DNA from: Octopus sinensis
Taxonomy: Eukaryota
Assembly: GCF_006345805.1 (NCBI RefSeq)
Contig: NC_043000.1
Coordinates: 37,386,001 to 37,450,000, forward strand
Direction: 5' to 3'
Length of the DNA: 64,000 bases
The notes under the pieces were generated by a model. The model was given only the letters and a program-made list of their open reading frames with translations, had not been told where the DNA came from and did not search any database. Shown piece after piece: positions 1 through 15,327 of the stretch (the stretch's first letter is position 1; each line of letters begins with the position of its first letter). The translations under genes were made by a program, and so were the position numbers.

Positions 1-1097
1 AATTATCTGAATTCTTGTTAAGGATAAGTCCTCATAATCAAAAGATCTTTGCCCCAACACATTAAATTTATGGACATATGTTTGATTTCTTGACACTGGC
101 TATCTATAAGTTTCTCTAAGCAATAAGCTTCAAACAGCTGCAGTGAAACTGTATCAGTAACGAAATCAAAATATCATAACACAAATTTTGAAACCTTCCA
201 AAATAAAAGGTGACAAAAGTCTATCTTTTATTTTATCTTTCTTTCCAAATAACTGAAAGGTTTCTTCCACAATATAATTGATAAAAAGAAATTCAGAAAA
301 AGTTATTATTAATAAACACACATGACTAAATTTCAATTGCTTTATATTTTATCACTATAGAAGTAACCTAATATTATTTTGTTTCCTTGATTGTAGCACC
401 AGTATTTTTATGAATACTATTATTTCAGTGATTATCTCCATACACATACACACACACACTCACACTCACACTAGAAACTCCACTGCATCGAATTTGACGT
501 TTTCTTCAGCATACCTCTGTACAGTGAGTATCAAAGTCACCATGTAGACTTTTGATATCATTATGGACTTTTATAGTTTTTAATACCTTAGGATCATGAG
601 TATAGGCATGGAGAATAATTGTACTGACACTGAAAATGAAATCATTACTCTGCAGTACACTATTCCGGATAAATGACTATTTAGAGATGGCACCGAATGT
701 GTGTGTGTGTGTGTTCTTGATAATCTACAATTTGTATATCTAATGACATTTGTACATAAACTCATAGAATTCTGTCAAAACTTTTCTCAAAAGCACACTC
801 CTGTAATAATTCAGAAACAGAACAGAAATGAATGATAGAAAAGGGGATTAGAGTTTTATCCTTTACATAAGCAACTTCCTCACTTCCATCAGAATGAATG
901 TAAACAAGGCCAGTATGATTCTTGTGATATCATGTGTTTCAAGACTAGCTGACTGATGCAGTCCTGTGTGGTACTGTGTCATATAGCTGGTTATTAGTTA
1001 ACTAGCTTAGGTCATTTCTGTTCTCAATAAATTTAATAGTAACTGATCATTGAGGATTATTTACCTCTGGCTTTTGTTCTTTTGTTGATGTATGTAC

Positions 1098-2300
1098 ATC
1101 ATCATCAGCAGCAGCATCATTTAATGTCCATTGTTCATGCTGGCATGGGTTGGACAGTTTGACCAGGGCTTAATAGTTTGAGGAGCTTCACCAGACTGCA
1201 GTCTGATTTAGCATGGTTTCTATGGCTTGATGCCCTTCCTAATGTCAACCTCTCCAAGATTGTAACAGGTTCTTCTACATACTACCAGCATGGGTGCCTG
1301 TCGCATGGCATCAGTATCTGCCATGGCTACGATTTCACTTGGCTTGGCTTGATGGGTTTCCTTCTCAAGTACAGCATATTTCCAAAGGTCTTGGTCATTT
1401 GTTATTGCCTCTGAGAGGCCCAACACTCAAAAAGTGAATTTTATGTGCCACCGGTATAGGTGCCAGTTATGCGACACTGGCATCAGCTATATTGCCTCTG
1501 TAAGGCCCTACACTCGGAAGGTGCTTTTTACATGCCATCAGCATGGGTGCCAGTTAAATGAGATCAATATTAGCCATGACTATGATTTCACTTGGCTTGA
1601 CAGGTCTTCTCAAGCACAGAATATCACCAAAGGTCTCGGTCACTACTCATTGCCTCTGTGAAGCCCAACATTCAAATTTCATGCTTCACTACCTTCTCCC
1701 ATGTCTTCATGGGTCTACCTCTACTACAGGTTCCCTCCACAGTTAGAAATTGGCATTTCTTTATGCATAGACATCACCTGACCATACCAGTGCAGTCATA
1801 TTTCTTGCACACCACATCTGATGACTCTTATGCCCAACTTTTCTCTCAAGACACCTACATTCTGTCATATATGCACACTGACACTGCACATCCAGCGAAG
1901 TATGCTAGCTTCATTTCTTTCAAGCCTACACAAGTGTGGCCACAGCCCATGTTTCACTGCATGTAGTACAGCTGTTTACACACATGCATCATACAGTCTG
2001 TCTTTCACTCTGAGGGAGAGGCCCTTCGTTTTTTTGCTCAGCTTGATGGGTCTTTTTCTCAAGTACGACATACTGCCAAATGTCTTGCTCATTGCCTCCA
2101 CGAGGCCCAACACTGAAAAGAATTCAGCTACTTTGCCTCTGTCAGGCCCAACACTCAGAAGGTGCTTTTTTACATGCCACCAGCCCAGGTGCCAGTTACA
2201 TGACACCAGCATATGACTACAATTTCACTTGGCTTGATGGGTCTTCTCAAGCACAGCATATTGAAAAAAGTCTTGGTCACTAGTCATTACTTCAAGTTGG
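1098..2300 (-). mobile_element. 5'-truncated RTE-clade LINE: C-terminal ORF remnant plus repeat-containing 3' UTR and (GAT)n tail
   Basis: Minus strand ~2027-1680 reads KGLSLRVKDRLYDACV...LERNEASILRWMCSVSVH...LREKLGIRVIRC, collinear with the RTE ORF at 17760-18050. Tail motif gcccttccta and catcatcat at ~1100. Confidence 0.8.
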
Positions 2301-2521
2301 CCAAAAGTCACCTAACAGTAAATCAAACCCATTTAATTCCAAGATTTATTTATGTTTAACAACTGAATGAATTTAATAAAAGCATCTAAATATGAAACAT
2401 CATGAAAAATGTTTAAACTGAAGTCCTTCTTGAGTGACACATTTTCCCATTCCAGTCAACATAGAATTACAGATAGTATTTATGGAATTTTTATTTACTG
2501 TTGAGTGATTTGGGGCCAATC

Positions 2522-2526
<5 letters not shown>

Positions 2527-2572
<46 letters not shown>
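2527..2572. repeat. (TA)n microsatellite
   Basis: Uninterrupted TA dinucleotide run. Confidence 0.95.
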
Positions 2573-2574
<2 letters not shown>

Positions 2575-4632
2575 ACTGGAAAATGAGCAAACATGTTATT
2601 CTATAAACCAGTTATGAGGAAGTTTTACATTTAAGCGCATTTTACAAGCCATTGCATAAACATATCAGAAACAAAATGTTATCTGGTAAAAAAATGACAA
2701 CCCCAACCCGTTAACAGATTTTTAATCATATCCAGATGTCACTAATATTTTTCAACTAAATAAACTAAGAGGTGATGGCTCTTTATCTTAAAGTTTCAAT
2801 AATTAAAATCTAGTCTAGACACACAGGAAGAGATGCAGCTTCTCTCAACCTATAAATTCCCCGGAGGAAAATATGAGCCTTTTGACTGTCCATCATTAGT
2901 CTGGTTAATTCCTGAGTAATTACAGTTGTCATATTTCATATTTAGAGTTTAAATGAAATTATGTTCATAATGCATTCTTCTAATAATTTGGTATCATATA
3001 GTTAGGATTACACTGTCTAGTTTTTAACCACTTCTCAACCTAATTGTTTCGAGAGGAATGAGATGAACCAAGCTGCTTGTTGCCTGATATAGAAATGGGA
3101 CAGCTATGAGGTGAAATTGCCATCATTATCACCATTTGTGTCAACAAAGTATAAACTGAATTGCCATACAATACAACATTTCCATTCAGGAACATCTCAA
3201 TAGTGAAACTGTCTATTTAGAAAACTAGCTTAACTACTTCCACCTAGTTTCCCCAAATCCTTGTCTACATCTCAAGTTTTCTCTAATTTCTCTACAGCAT
3301 AACCTCTTCAAATGGTCTACCATTTATTTGCATTACATGCTCAACTAGTGTAGTCATGGAAGTGTATAAAATATAAGCTGTAAGTGATGGATATGACAAG
3401 GAGTGGTGAGGTGGCATGGTACTATTATTTTAACATTGTTTTGTTGCTGGATGGAGTGTGGTGTGGGAAGATTATATTTTACATCATTTCATAGATATCT
3501 GAAAAATTGTCAAAAAAGATAACATTTCAAAGGTAAAAGTAAAATCAAAAAGACAATAACAAAAACATAATAATAATTCAATAACAAACTTCAGAAGCTG
3601 AAATTAATCAATCAAAGGAGATAAGATAGTTTCAAGGAGATCAATAACAAAATCTATCTTCTACCTTGAAAGATATCTAACTTGACTGGTTTCCATTTCG
3701 GGAAAGAAGCATGAATTCTTAGATTAACTTGCCTTGTTCAATATCTCACTTAAGTGCCATCAATTTATTTTGTTTTGCTGGTTTTCACTGTTCGAGCAAC
3801 ACAGCAACAACAACAACAACACAGATAGTACCCTTTCTCATCAATGTATTTCTCCAAAATGTTATCAAACAGAGCTAAATCAATAGCAAATGGAATAGAT
3901 AAAACCACAACAAAAGAAAATAATAATAAATTACAGTTATGCATTGCAGCTGCCATATGCTCTTCACAGTTTGTTGCATTGGTTTACCCTTTCTTTATAA
4001 ATACAATTCTGCAATTTAAAGAAAAATACTTACTTTTGTGCTTATTGTTTTGCAAGGGCATCAAAATCCATTTCATAACAAACACACTAAATGAAACATC
4101 ATAATAAAAAGAAACCAAGACAGTTTCTATGGTATTTTTAAATTTTCTTTTTCCTACTTTTTACTATTGGTTGTTCTCTACTTTTGAAATCTTTACCTAG
4201 CTGATACTATGACCTTTAGTGAATCAATTCCTTGTAGTGTGTGACACATTATCACATTTGAATAGTCATATCTTATCCAATTTCTAGACTTAAGATACAG
4301 TCATCTAACTTGTCAGAAGATATCTGAGACTATAAAATCACATTTTACCACACATTTCTATTGCCACTTGTTAACTGAGGTGGTGTTGCCAAAATTCTCT
4401 TTGTCCTACACAAGTGATTGGTATTAGATTCTTTATTATTATTATTATTATTATTATCATTATTATTTAAAGATAAGTTGTAAGAATGTTGTGAGAATGA
4501 CAGACCTCCACAATAATGTATGGTAAGAATGTTAATTTTGTGATTAACAAAATATATCTGAAAATTTGAAAATTTCCCTTCTGAGCAGAATGGCTTTTAC
4601 AGTGGACACCCTTCTGAGAGTCAACCACTTCA

Positions 4633-4843
4633 CCCTTTTGACACCAACCTGCCTGAAACCACCCTGGTTCTATGATATAAACTACCCATTTTAAAATGAT
4701 CTTAATTAAAATATTCCATCAAAATTTCGTTTTAATTTATGTTAATCTGTTAATAATGACCAAGTTATCTTAATAAATTCTGTATTATTTTCAAACTTAA
4801 TCAAAACAAAGTGTATTTTAAAAGAAATATGATAACGAAAGGG
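4633..4843. mobile_element. piggyBac-type MITE (~211 bp)
   Basis: Ends CCCTTTTGACACC...GATAACGAAAGGG, flanked by TTCA (4629-4632) and TTAA (4844-4847). Both termini match the element at 40372-41458. Confidence 0.8.
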
Positions 4844-7800
4844 TTAATCATGATCTGAACAGATTGAACAATCAAGAGTTCCAACATAGTGCTTCTTAAT
4901 TATACAAACATTATGCCTGTATATTATATTTATAAAGTGGATTGTTACTATAGCTCTCATCTGTTATATGCAAGCTTTCATTATTATCAAGAAAATGCTA
5001 TTGTTCTATCTCCTCTTATGCCTCTCTTTCTTTGAACTTGATAGCGCAATACTACTCCAACCTAAACCCATCCTACTGTTACCCTTTATTAAGTTTCACT
5101 TCTTAGATGCCACATTTAACTCTATACCTTATCTTTCAATCCTTGAAAGGCATTCTTCTGGACCCCTGTTTTACCCACTGTCAGCCAACTTGCAGTATTT
5201 TAAATTAAATACTCATTATATTAACCCCCATACAATCACTTTTATTCTTTAGCCAAGAAGAACGTTACAAAATCAAGATGCTACTGTTTTTATGTTTTCA
5301 AAGTAATAAATTAATAAAAACACTAACCATCTCTTTGGCCTCTATATTAACTGCCTGGTATATTATATTTGCTCACTTTCTTCAATTTTACAAATGCAAC
5401 CTGTATAAGATGCTCTTTTGCTTCAAACATATATCAGTTTACCTTGATCTCTATCTCTCTTTCTATAAATATAATAACAGTGGATTTACACTTCTTAACA
5501 AGTGCTTCACTCATTTAATTTGATTTTGTCTTTCTAAGATATTAAGGATATTAATGTCAAAAATGTTTAATAACCATATTCATTCTAACATAAAAATAAA
5601 ACAGTTAGTTGTTAGCATAAAGATGATTTCATGGATGGCAGAGGAAGCAAGCATGAACAACTAAGAATTTACTCATTCACCGAGTCATTATTCAATTATA
5701 ATGTGATTTTGATGAATTCACCTAACATCTAAAGCAACATTCTGGTTTAACCATATCATATTTATTGGCAATCTCAGTATGTTTACTAAACTATCAACAC
5801 TTGATGAGAAAGCATCTCTTCACTGAAATTAAAAGGAATTGATAAAAAAAAAATATCAAGTTAATAGCATGAAAAAACACATGCATTTTGAATGCTTATT
5901 GATTACGTAAGTTTTCAAATTTAAACATTTTCAGAAATTCTTGGAACAGTTTCATTATATCAACATGTTTTATATAGAGCTGACAATTCTATCATAATGT
6001 AGATGTGATAACTGTATTGCAAGTCGATTGATTGCAACTAGCAGAATAATGGATTTAGTTCTAGAATAGAATATATTTGTGTCAGGGTTCAAACACGAAA
6101 GACACAATCTGCTGCAGTTAATATTTAAATATGCAAATCCATTTTTTTTATCTCTTCAACATTGATCATTCACTTCTGAAGCAAGAAATTTACTGGATTT
6201 CCATGAACATTACAAAAGAACATGTAATGTGGCTGTAATATTATACTAGTTGCACAAAATTAAAACTGGTGACTTTATCTTACTAGTCCACTTCTTAACC
6301 ATACAAATACTGTCATAGTCAGACACCTTAGTCACATATCTACATTACTGCAATATTTCACCACACATCCAAATTACTGCAAGAATCCACCACCACTGTA
6401 ATCACACACCCACATCATTGTAATTATCAAATAGAATAGGAGAAAGCCAATAAAATAAAAGAGAAAAATGAAATAACCATCTAAATGGGTGTTGTGCACC
6501 ATATTTTCTTGGCAATGCTGAAATATTGATGAAAATCCTCTTCCATTTAAAATAATTTTCTTTGATCTAATCAAATTGAATAAAAACTAAAAGTAGAATG
6601 AAACAAGCCTGGCAGGATATCTGATGATGGGTTATGGAACAAAAGATAACTGTTTGCAAAACAAAGTATACAAAGTACATAACTTTTGTTTGATATGTGA
6701 ATGGAACACACACACAGAATTTGGCTCAGTATCTGTTCCATTCATTGGATGAACCAGTATTTGCACCTGCAGTCATAGCTATCAATGCAGTCATAACTAT
6801 CAATTATGCAAGTTTTACTTTGGTACTGCACTTTAGAAGGCGTGTGCTTACAAACCTTTACATACACACATATCAATATCTATAACCATACACACACACA
6901 CACATACACACACACGTGCACACATACACACAGCAATGCATAAATACATGTTTTCCTCTCACACACAGGTGAACAACTGCTAAAATAAATAGATACAGAG
7001 AAAAATACACATATACACTAACAGACAATATTATAAAAAAACAGAGAGAGAAATTTCCATAAGATGTGTTATGTAAAACTGCAATTAATCAGTGAGTTCC
7101 CAACCTTTTATTCTACTTGCTACTAGAAAAAATACTTAATTAATTTGAGATGCCAGCAATCTCTTCAACTGCTTTCTTGCCACCTAATCCTCTATGATTT
7201 ATGTAGTGCTTTGAGTAGAGTGTACATAATGTTGGCAACATACCACACACATATACACACAGCAACACCTCTCTAGGTGCATTGGCAACAGACAAAGACA
7301 TAGTGAATGTCTGGACTGGCACCAAATGTTTTGCAGAGAACTGATAGATAAACAAAGTAATGAAATAGAATAGAAAATTAGATGTAGTATAAAAGTTTTT
7401 GTTTTTTTTGTATTTCTTTTTCTTTCACTGCTCATTTGCTTATTCTTTTTATGTAAACGAGTATTTCATCTCCCGGTACCCCTTCCTAAATATAAAAGTT
7501 TGAAGAAAACTTTCATTGAATTTTAAAATAGTTTCTTTTATTTACCTTTCTATATAAAGATATTTTTGGAATCCGTTTCTAGACATAATCCTTTCTGATT
7601 AATGGACAGTATTTTTTTTTTGTCTGTAATTTCTCCCCAGACATCATGACTTTTTTTGAAGAGATAAAATCTAATAAAAGTATAAGAAAAAATGTTAACT
7701 TATTTCAATCACTATATTCAGTAACATCTAATTTTATAAAGAAAACTGCATAATAAGTGTAGTGGGTAGGCTATGTCACTTGTAATCATCAGTTTAAGTT

Positions 7801-10800
7801 TTAGCTTCTCACACTACAGTGCAGATGTGTATTTCCTAAGGTTATAGTGCGAATTTTATCTTCAATGTACCATGACAGATTCTTTTATCCAATGTGTCAT
7901 CTTAATTATTTCAGTGTTGTTCATATAAATTAAATATGTGGCTTTCTTAATCACTTATTCTTAAATTCTTTTGAGATGGGCAATTATCATAAACTAGCCA
8001 CCCAAGAATATGCTTCCAGCTTTTAATAAGTACTTAGTGACGAGTCCCTAGTGCTTTATCATTAATAAATTACCTTACTTTTTCACTGGCTTAATTTTTC
8101 TGGATAGATTTCATTATCTTACACTTAATCTCAGATTATATATGCAATTAACATTTATTAAAAAATTTCAGTCAATATGAGTAATTAACTATTCTGTCAA
8201 AGAAAGTCTACAGGTTGCTGTAAACCTTGGTGCAGTCAACCAAGATTGGTTGCTATCATAGAGAAACCAGACATACCTGAGGATTAAGTAGAAAGCTGAC
8301 AATACAATTCTAAAATTATTTGACTTCTGCATTAAACATCAACTAACCAGCTACAACATGGGTGTAGAAGACATGCCTTCATATTTAACTCACATATTGA
8401 ACATATTACCTCTCTGAACATTGACACAATAAAGTTCTGACATCTAGTAGCTGATTGAGTAGAATCCCACAAGATTATCCATCAACAACTTTGGCTATCT
8501 TGTTGAATTCAATACCTCCATGACACATGAACATGCTTATAAATGAAGAAAAAAAAATGCAGTGCAGCACCCATGACTTTTGGAAATAGTTTTCCATGCT
8601 CAGAATTGTCAAAGTATGGAATAAATTATCCCAGTCAGTTGTTACCTGTCAGGACAGTGTATCCTTCAAAAATTCCATACTTTTTGAAATTGGCCAACAC
8701 TACACCTGATGTACCCTATCCTCTTTATGATTATCATTTGTGGTTTATTCTGTGTACTCTGTACATACTTCTAACCATCATTGCTTTTTTTTATTATTGC
8801 TTTCTCTCCTCTCTTCTAAAGTTTTCCAATGAGATGGAGTGCAATTTATTATATATAGTGCAAATGAGCAAACGAGTACATTAAGCTCATTTTTATATTA
8901 TTATGGTCTAACAAAATGCCAGCACTATACATTCATCCATATTTCTTAAGAGTTTCTATTTTGTTTTCAATGCTTTTACAAATTGTTCCTCTGCTTAAGG
9001 ATTCATATCTTTCATACAAATACAACACTGAAATATGAATTACAACCAACCACCTGAAAAGCACTACCAGAAATTAGCATACGGAACAATTGGCTAGCAA
9101 AAGAAATAATGTTTTTCATTAGTTCATAGTTTAACACATTCAACTGACATCTGCTGCATTATATAACTTTTTAACAGTACATCCTGTTATTAATGAGTTG
9201 TTTCCAAGTACATCTGCCAACCATGTTCAAAATAATTGCTACATTATAACATCAATTGCTAGAGTAAATGTGTGGAATTCCTCCAAGATATGAAGATAGG
9301 CTCTACCTGTTTAAAGTCATATTTGAAATTGCCAGTTGTATCGACCCTTAAAATAATGATCCTCTTTCTTAAACTTTTGCTCAAAGCCACAATTTTGTAG
9401 AGAAAGATTATGTGATTGAATCAAACCTCAGTATGCTACTGGTACAAATTATATTGACACATGGAAGGGAATAAAAACTAAGTTCAAGCTTGGCAAGATT
9501 TTAACTCGGGGCATAAAGCTACATAATGTTACAGGGCACTCTGATATATAAATAGCACTCTGATATTTTTTATACGTCTGTTAGAACTCCAAAGTGAATA
9601 ACAATGATAACAAATACCTTATGGAAACAGCAACCTATAAAATAAAAGATATAGAGGATAAGTCACTGTACTAAAAATAAAGGGTGGTTCCAATCAGATT
9701 CTTTTCATTAATAATTACTTTTTGAACATAATTCACTTGAGTTCTAAAAATGATTTGACATTTCTTTCTGTTTAGTAACAGAGATCCCTAAACCATTAAG
9801 TTTGTCATAGTTACTTATTGTAGATTTGATACATTCTCCAAAACAGCAGGCTGGCAGATGGATAAATAATAGTGTATAAGTCTTTTACAGCCCAAAGATT
9901 TAGGCCTATGCTGCCTAAGCAGTTCTGTGATTTCAAGTCATTCAGGAAACTACACAATCAGGCATAGATCTATTTTTATGAACCATATGGTTATTTTCAG
10001 TAAAGCTATTTTTCGTCTTCTGGCAACAGTAAGTTTTATGGTGAATACAGATAAGATCAAAATGATATCTATACTCACCAGTAACTACTACATAAAACTA
10101 CAAAAAACAATAAGACAATGATAATAACTGAATAGTAGTGGTATGTCATCTCTTTCCTTCATTTCTCTTTCAGTATCACTTTCTGTCCCTTCTCTTTTTA
10201 ACAGCCAATCTTTCTCCTTTCTTAGGGAAACTAAGTATGACATAACCTTTTATGTTCCATGTTATTTTTTTTTTATTTGTAATACAGTTCAGATCAATCA
10301 TAAAATGTCAGTTCATCTTTACTTTTCATTCACTACAATCCCCTGCTGATCGTTTCCTTCTTTTCCACACTGCTTCTCTTTTTTTTTTCCAACCAATCCT
10401 TTATTTGCTTTCACATACAATCACATATAGGATGTCTATAAATGAAATGGAGTGGTTACTACTTTATAAGAATTGCATATTAGATTTAGATTAGTCAGGG
10501 AGGTTGTTAAATTCCTGGAGCTTCTGATATTGGTGTTTTCTGGTATCATGTAGCATTGCTTAAACCAGTTTTTTGCCTGCCGTTTATGTATCATAGACCT
10601 GTACTGCAAGTAATCACAACTATCACCAAATTCTGAACTGCTCATAACCTCAATTCAGACAGTGTGGTTGTTAGGGACGAAAAACTGGCAATGAAATATA
10701 TGAAATTTTATTAGTCTCATTTTAGAAAGAACTTCCTGTCTAAAGACTTCTATATGGATATCTGTTTTCCTTTGTCTTTTTGCAATTTATTGAATGAGTT

Positions 10801-11750
10801 CTTTCAGATAATGTTTCTCCAATTTTTGAACATCATGCCAAGTAATACCTCATTAACTATTATTTATTAATAACTAAATTAGAGGAAGAGAATTTAAATT
10901 TAGAGAAAATAGAATATTTTAGTATTATCTATACACACCAGTGCGAAATTCATATAAGGATTTATTGAACTGTGCAGGAACAGAGTAATCACATATTTGA
11001 TCAGTGTATCAGTTTTCATTAGAGATGTGTGCTTTACAAAACCTTTGAACTTAGAAGCAAAAACCTGTTTTAGGTTATAACTAAAGAAATATTTGTCAAA
11101 CCGAGTAATGAGACTGCAAAGCATGTGCTTCAACAGAGCAATGCTACCTACATTACATCAAGGGAAGAAAATCAAGGCATATTTTGGAAGGTTTTTTTTT
11201 TTGGATGTTAATATTACAACTTCCAAGTTACATAAACTACCAGATCCAAATCCAGCTCTGAGATAGGAAATCAATGCTCAGGGATTAATATCTTGTAAAT
11301 ATATACGAAGATGCTTATGTGCAATCAACTTACCTGTATTCAACATACCTGGGTAGATGAAAGTGACATGATAACAGGTAAATAACCACAATCACCAAAG
11401 TACATCAATTGTCATTATATCCTATGAGCATATTTCATCTAAACACATGCAATTATTATGTTTAAATGATTTTTATACAGGATTGACTGCCTTTTGTCAT
11501 CTCTTGTTTCTAAGAGGATTGAGAGATTTATATAGGATAAGCACTACAAGAATTTAAAAGTTAAGGTGTAAAATACAATATCTGTGGCCAATCAATGCAA
11601 CTTCTGAATCAGTTGATTAAAAGGCATCATTATCACCATCTCTGCTAATCTCAAAATTGCCACTACCACCATCACCACACTATTATAGTTGTTGATGCTG
11701 TTGCCCCCTTCATCTATGCTCTATGGTGAATAAAATAAATTATTGCTATT

Positions 11751-11753
11751 ATA

Positions 11754-11817
<64 letters not shown>
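11751..11817. repeat. Compound (ATT)n(AGT)n microsatellite abutting a LINE 3' end
   Basis: Read directly from the sequence. Confidence 0.95.
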
Positions 11818-12975
11818 TGTGATGAAAACTCACAGCTTATTTTGCTGGGTATGATGGAAAGTGTCAGCTGTCCACAGCCAGCAAACTAAGGTGACACTTG
11901 TTTACTGGTCATGCTTCAAGAACCCTGCAAAGAATTCTTGAAGTTCCAAGCAATACTGATTTTTGTAGGAGTTCTACCTTCACACTTGCACCAATCTTTT
12001 TGAGCCATGTTGGTAGCTGAGTGCTGATACTTCCAAGTACCCTAGTTACTACTAGTATTATGTCTACTCTTTTCATTGACCACAACCTTCATATTTCCCA
12101 CTTCAAATCATTATAGCTGTTTATTTTTTCTTCTTTCATATTGATCCTGTTGTCACCGGGGCACACTATGTTGATTATCATGCATGTTCTTTCATTTTTA
12201 TTCATCACAACAATGCCCGGTTTCCGATGTCTGGTCAGGGGATTGCACTGAACCATTGCATCCTACAGGATTTTGCAATTCACATTCTCAGTGACTCCTT
12301 CTGGAGGTTTCTCATACCACGTCTTTGCTCTTTGTAGGATGTGATTTCCATAGAGCTCCCAATGAATCATCCTTGTGGCATTGTCATGGCATCTTTTGTA
12401 TTTGCATTGTGCCAATTTCAGGCATTCGTTAAGGATATGCCATACCATTTCACTCCTCGTTACCACACATTCTGCAATTGTTGCTGTTAGTAGTGTTGTC
12501 TATACTGCACTTGACATAGTTGGTCTTTAATGCTTGTTCTTGAGCTGTGCATATGAGTGCTTCTGTCTCTATCTTCAAGTAACTCCTCCTCATCCATGGC
12601 CACCAGTCCTCTGTATCTGCCTTGGCATTTACATCTCTTGCAAACTGACCATACATTTTCTTTTCCTTCCATGTTTTCTCTATTTTTGTGTTCATTTCTT
12701 CTTTAAATGTTTCTTTCATTACACAATTTTCAGTTTTGATATTGTCGGCCTTCTTCATATGCTCTACATTTTTTATATATCACCCTAAGCAGTTTTCCTC
12801 TGCTTTGATACAGTCCTGGCAACTGATCAAACCTCTTCCACCCTTTCTCCTGGACAAGTACAACCTATCGGTGTCACTCTTAAGGTGGGAGGTTCTGTGT
12901 ATTGTCAACATTTTTCTGGTCTTGATATCCATTTTCATCACTTCCCTCTTTTGTCATTTTAAAATTCCCGCTTCA
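11818..12975 (-). mobile_element. R4/Dong-clade non-LTR retrotransposon fragment (RT C-terminus, CCHC finger, restriction-like endonuclease, 3' end)
   Basis: ORFs 12450-12758 (LKIETEALICTAQEQALKTN...CRMC) and 12263-12466 (HILNEC...HDN...IHWEL...ENVNCKIL), followed by an RKPGIVV...IINIVCPGD-type RLE region. The 3' end abuts the microsatellite. Confidence 0.85.
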
Positions 12976-13103
12976 TACTGAAGTAGTGCTATCACCCATG
13001 TATTAACTGCTTGGATTTTATTTCATCCAGTCAATTTTGAGTGCAACATCAACCTAAGTCTTTGGAAATAATCCATCCCCAACCTTAGTCTTCAGTATTA
13101 TTA

Positions 13104-13400
13104 TCTTGAAAACTCTCAGCATATTTTACTGAGTATGATGAAAAGTGTCAGCTGCCAGAAGACTATGGTGACACGTGTTTACTGATCGTGTTTCAAGAAC
13201 CCTACAGAGAACTCTTGCAGTTTCAAGCAATGAGGATTTTTAAAGGTGTTCTATCTTTACATTTGTACCAATCTTTTTTGAGCTATGTTGGTAGTTGAGT
13301 GCCGCTATTTCTAAGTGTGCCAATCACTGTTGGTATCATGTCCACTTCGTTGCTCACAACCTGCATATTTCACAGTTAGCTGTATTTTGCCGATCTTTAC
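13104..13400 (-). mobile_element. Second, more diverged 3'-end copy of the same R4/Dong family
   Basis: gaaaactctcagcatattttactgagtatgatgaaaagtgtcagctg...gtttactgatcgtgtttcaagaaccctac aligns with 11822-12060. Confidence 0.8.
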
Positions 13401-13606
13401 ATTCTGAGTGCAAATTCTACCAATGTCACAATTACATTTCATCCTTTTGGGGGCCAATGAAATCAGTACTAGTTGCAAAATGGGGTTGATAAAATCAACG
13501 TACCCAGTTCCCTCAAATTCCAGGCCTTGTGCCTATAGTAGAAAGGATTATTATTTTTATTCTCATTACCATTATTATTATTATAATGTTTATCATCATC
13601 ATTATT

Positions 13607-13889
13607 ATTATTTCTATTCCGTGCCAGCTAACCAGTCTCGTGCGGTGGCATGTAAAAGACACCATTTGAGAATGGTCATTTCCAGTACTGCCTGACTGGC
13701 CCTCGTGCCGGTGGCATGTAAAAAGTACCCACTACACTCTCAGAGTGATTAGCATTAGGAAGGGCATCCAGCTGTAGAAACTTTGCCAGATTGGATTGGA
13801 GCCTGGTGCAGCCTTCTGGCTAGCTAGCCCTTAGTCAAACTGTCCAACCCATGCCAGCATGGAAAGCAGATGTTAAATGACGATGATGA
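13607..13889 (+). mobile_element. RTE 3'-tail repeat copy
   Basis: ttaggaagggcatccagctgtagaaac...ccaacccatgccagcatggaaagcagatgttaaatgacgatgatg; same sequence as the 3' UTR of the LINE at 18540-18779. Confidence 0.9.
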
Positions 13890-15132
13890 CAAAGATGATC
13901 ATCATTATTAGGGCAGCGAATTTGAATAACTGTTAGAGCACTGGACAAAATAATTTTTGTATTTCTTCTGACTCATTACATTCTGAATTCCTTATCTTTT
14001 CATATTAAATACCTGTACCAATACAATTATTTCTTCTGCATAAATCTACTGATAACTCTGAAACTCAATTTCTTTTGCGACTCACATTGTACATTTGACA
14101 ATTACATTTAATTTGCTACAAGCCAATCACTGTAGGTTCCTGACACTTTTACTGCTAATATTTCATCAACACATGGCATCGTGCTTCTGATACTGAACAC
14201 ACCTCACGTTCATTTCTTTCTTACAGAGATATCATCTTTGCCATTAACAATTCTAACAATTCTAAAAACTTCTTTCCATTCAATTAGTAGCCATTATGCT
14301 GCCATCAACATATAATAAATATATCATTGACAAGTATAAGGTTTAAAATAATTTATGTCTAATAATAAAACTGTAGGTCTTAAGTTATGATAATAATAAC
14401 AACAACAACAAATACAAGTATACTGCAACATAGTTATTCTTATGAAGAAGTGGTAGAGTTTTGATGTCATCAGTCTAACATAAAAGTATGAGAAAATGAC
14501 CAAAGGCAAAATAATGAACCTTTACAGCAAATTCCTAATTAAAATTAGTGCATTAAAGCCAGCATAGCTCAGTGAAATTGCAGTGCTTTAACATAACTTA
14601 GAAGCATTTGAAAGTTTACATTCCTAGGTTCAAACTCTACTATGAATAATTCATTTACATTTTATTAGTTATGGATAATAAATAGCATTGATGTGGAAGC
14701 AATGTTCATCCATCAGTAAATCTATTGTGTGTGATTCAAATCTATTTCTATTGTAACTTACATCACTCTTTCAAAACTATTCATCTTTAGAACTTCTCTG
14801 TTGAACTCTTTCTAGCTATGAACTGTATCAACTATTTACGAATCCTGCCTCTTTAAATATATAATGTATTAGATACTCATCACATGTTTATTGTAAACCA
14901 AAGAAAAACAAATAATTGTGTGTCTACTGTTGCACTTTGATTTGCAACTGTTCAAGAGAAATATCAACTGCAGGAGTCAACAACATATCTTCTATGTGAT
15001 CATTCATTCTGATGCTAGAAATAGCTGCCAAATCTCCAGGAAATCTCACCTTACTATCTGAAAACACAAAAATAGATGTATTGTGCAATGCAGTCCTAAG
15101 TATTTTTTTATTGAAAAATATATTCGTTTGTT

Positions 15133-15327
15133 GTGTCGGTGGCACATAAAATCACCCACTACACTCTCGGAGTGGTTGGCGTTAGGAAGGGCATCCAGCT
15201 GTAGAAACACTACCAGATCTGACTGGCCTGGTGCAGCCTTCAGGCTCCCCAGACCCCAGTTGAACTGTCCAACCCATGCTAGCATGGAAAGCGGACGTTA
15301 AACGATGATGATGATGATGATGATGAT
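15133..15327 (+). mobile_element. RTE 3'-tail repeat copy
   Basis: Near-consensus tail with CpGs retained, ending ggacgttaaacgatgatgatg. Confidence 0.9.

Noticed and set aside
8180-8520. Possible ancient LINE RT remnant on the minus strand (similarly 10490-11150 and 14920-15070)
   Set aside because: The motifs are too degenerate to assign without a profile search.
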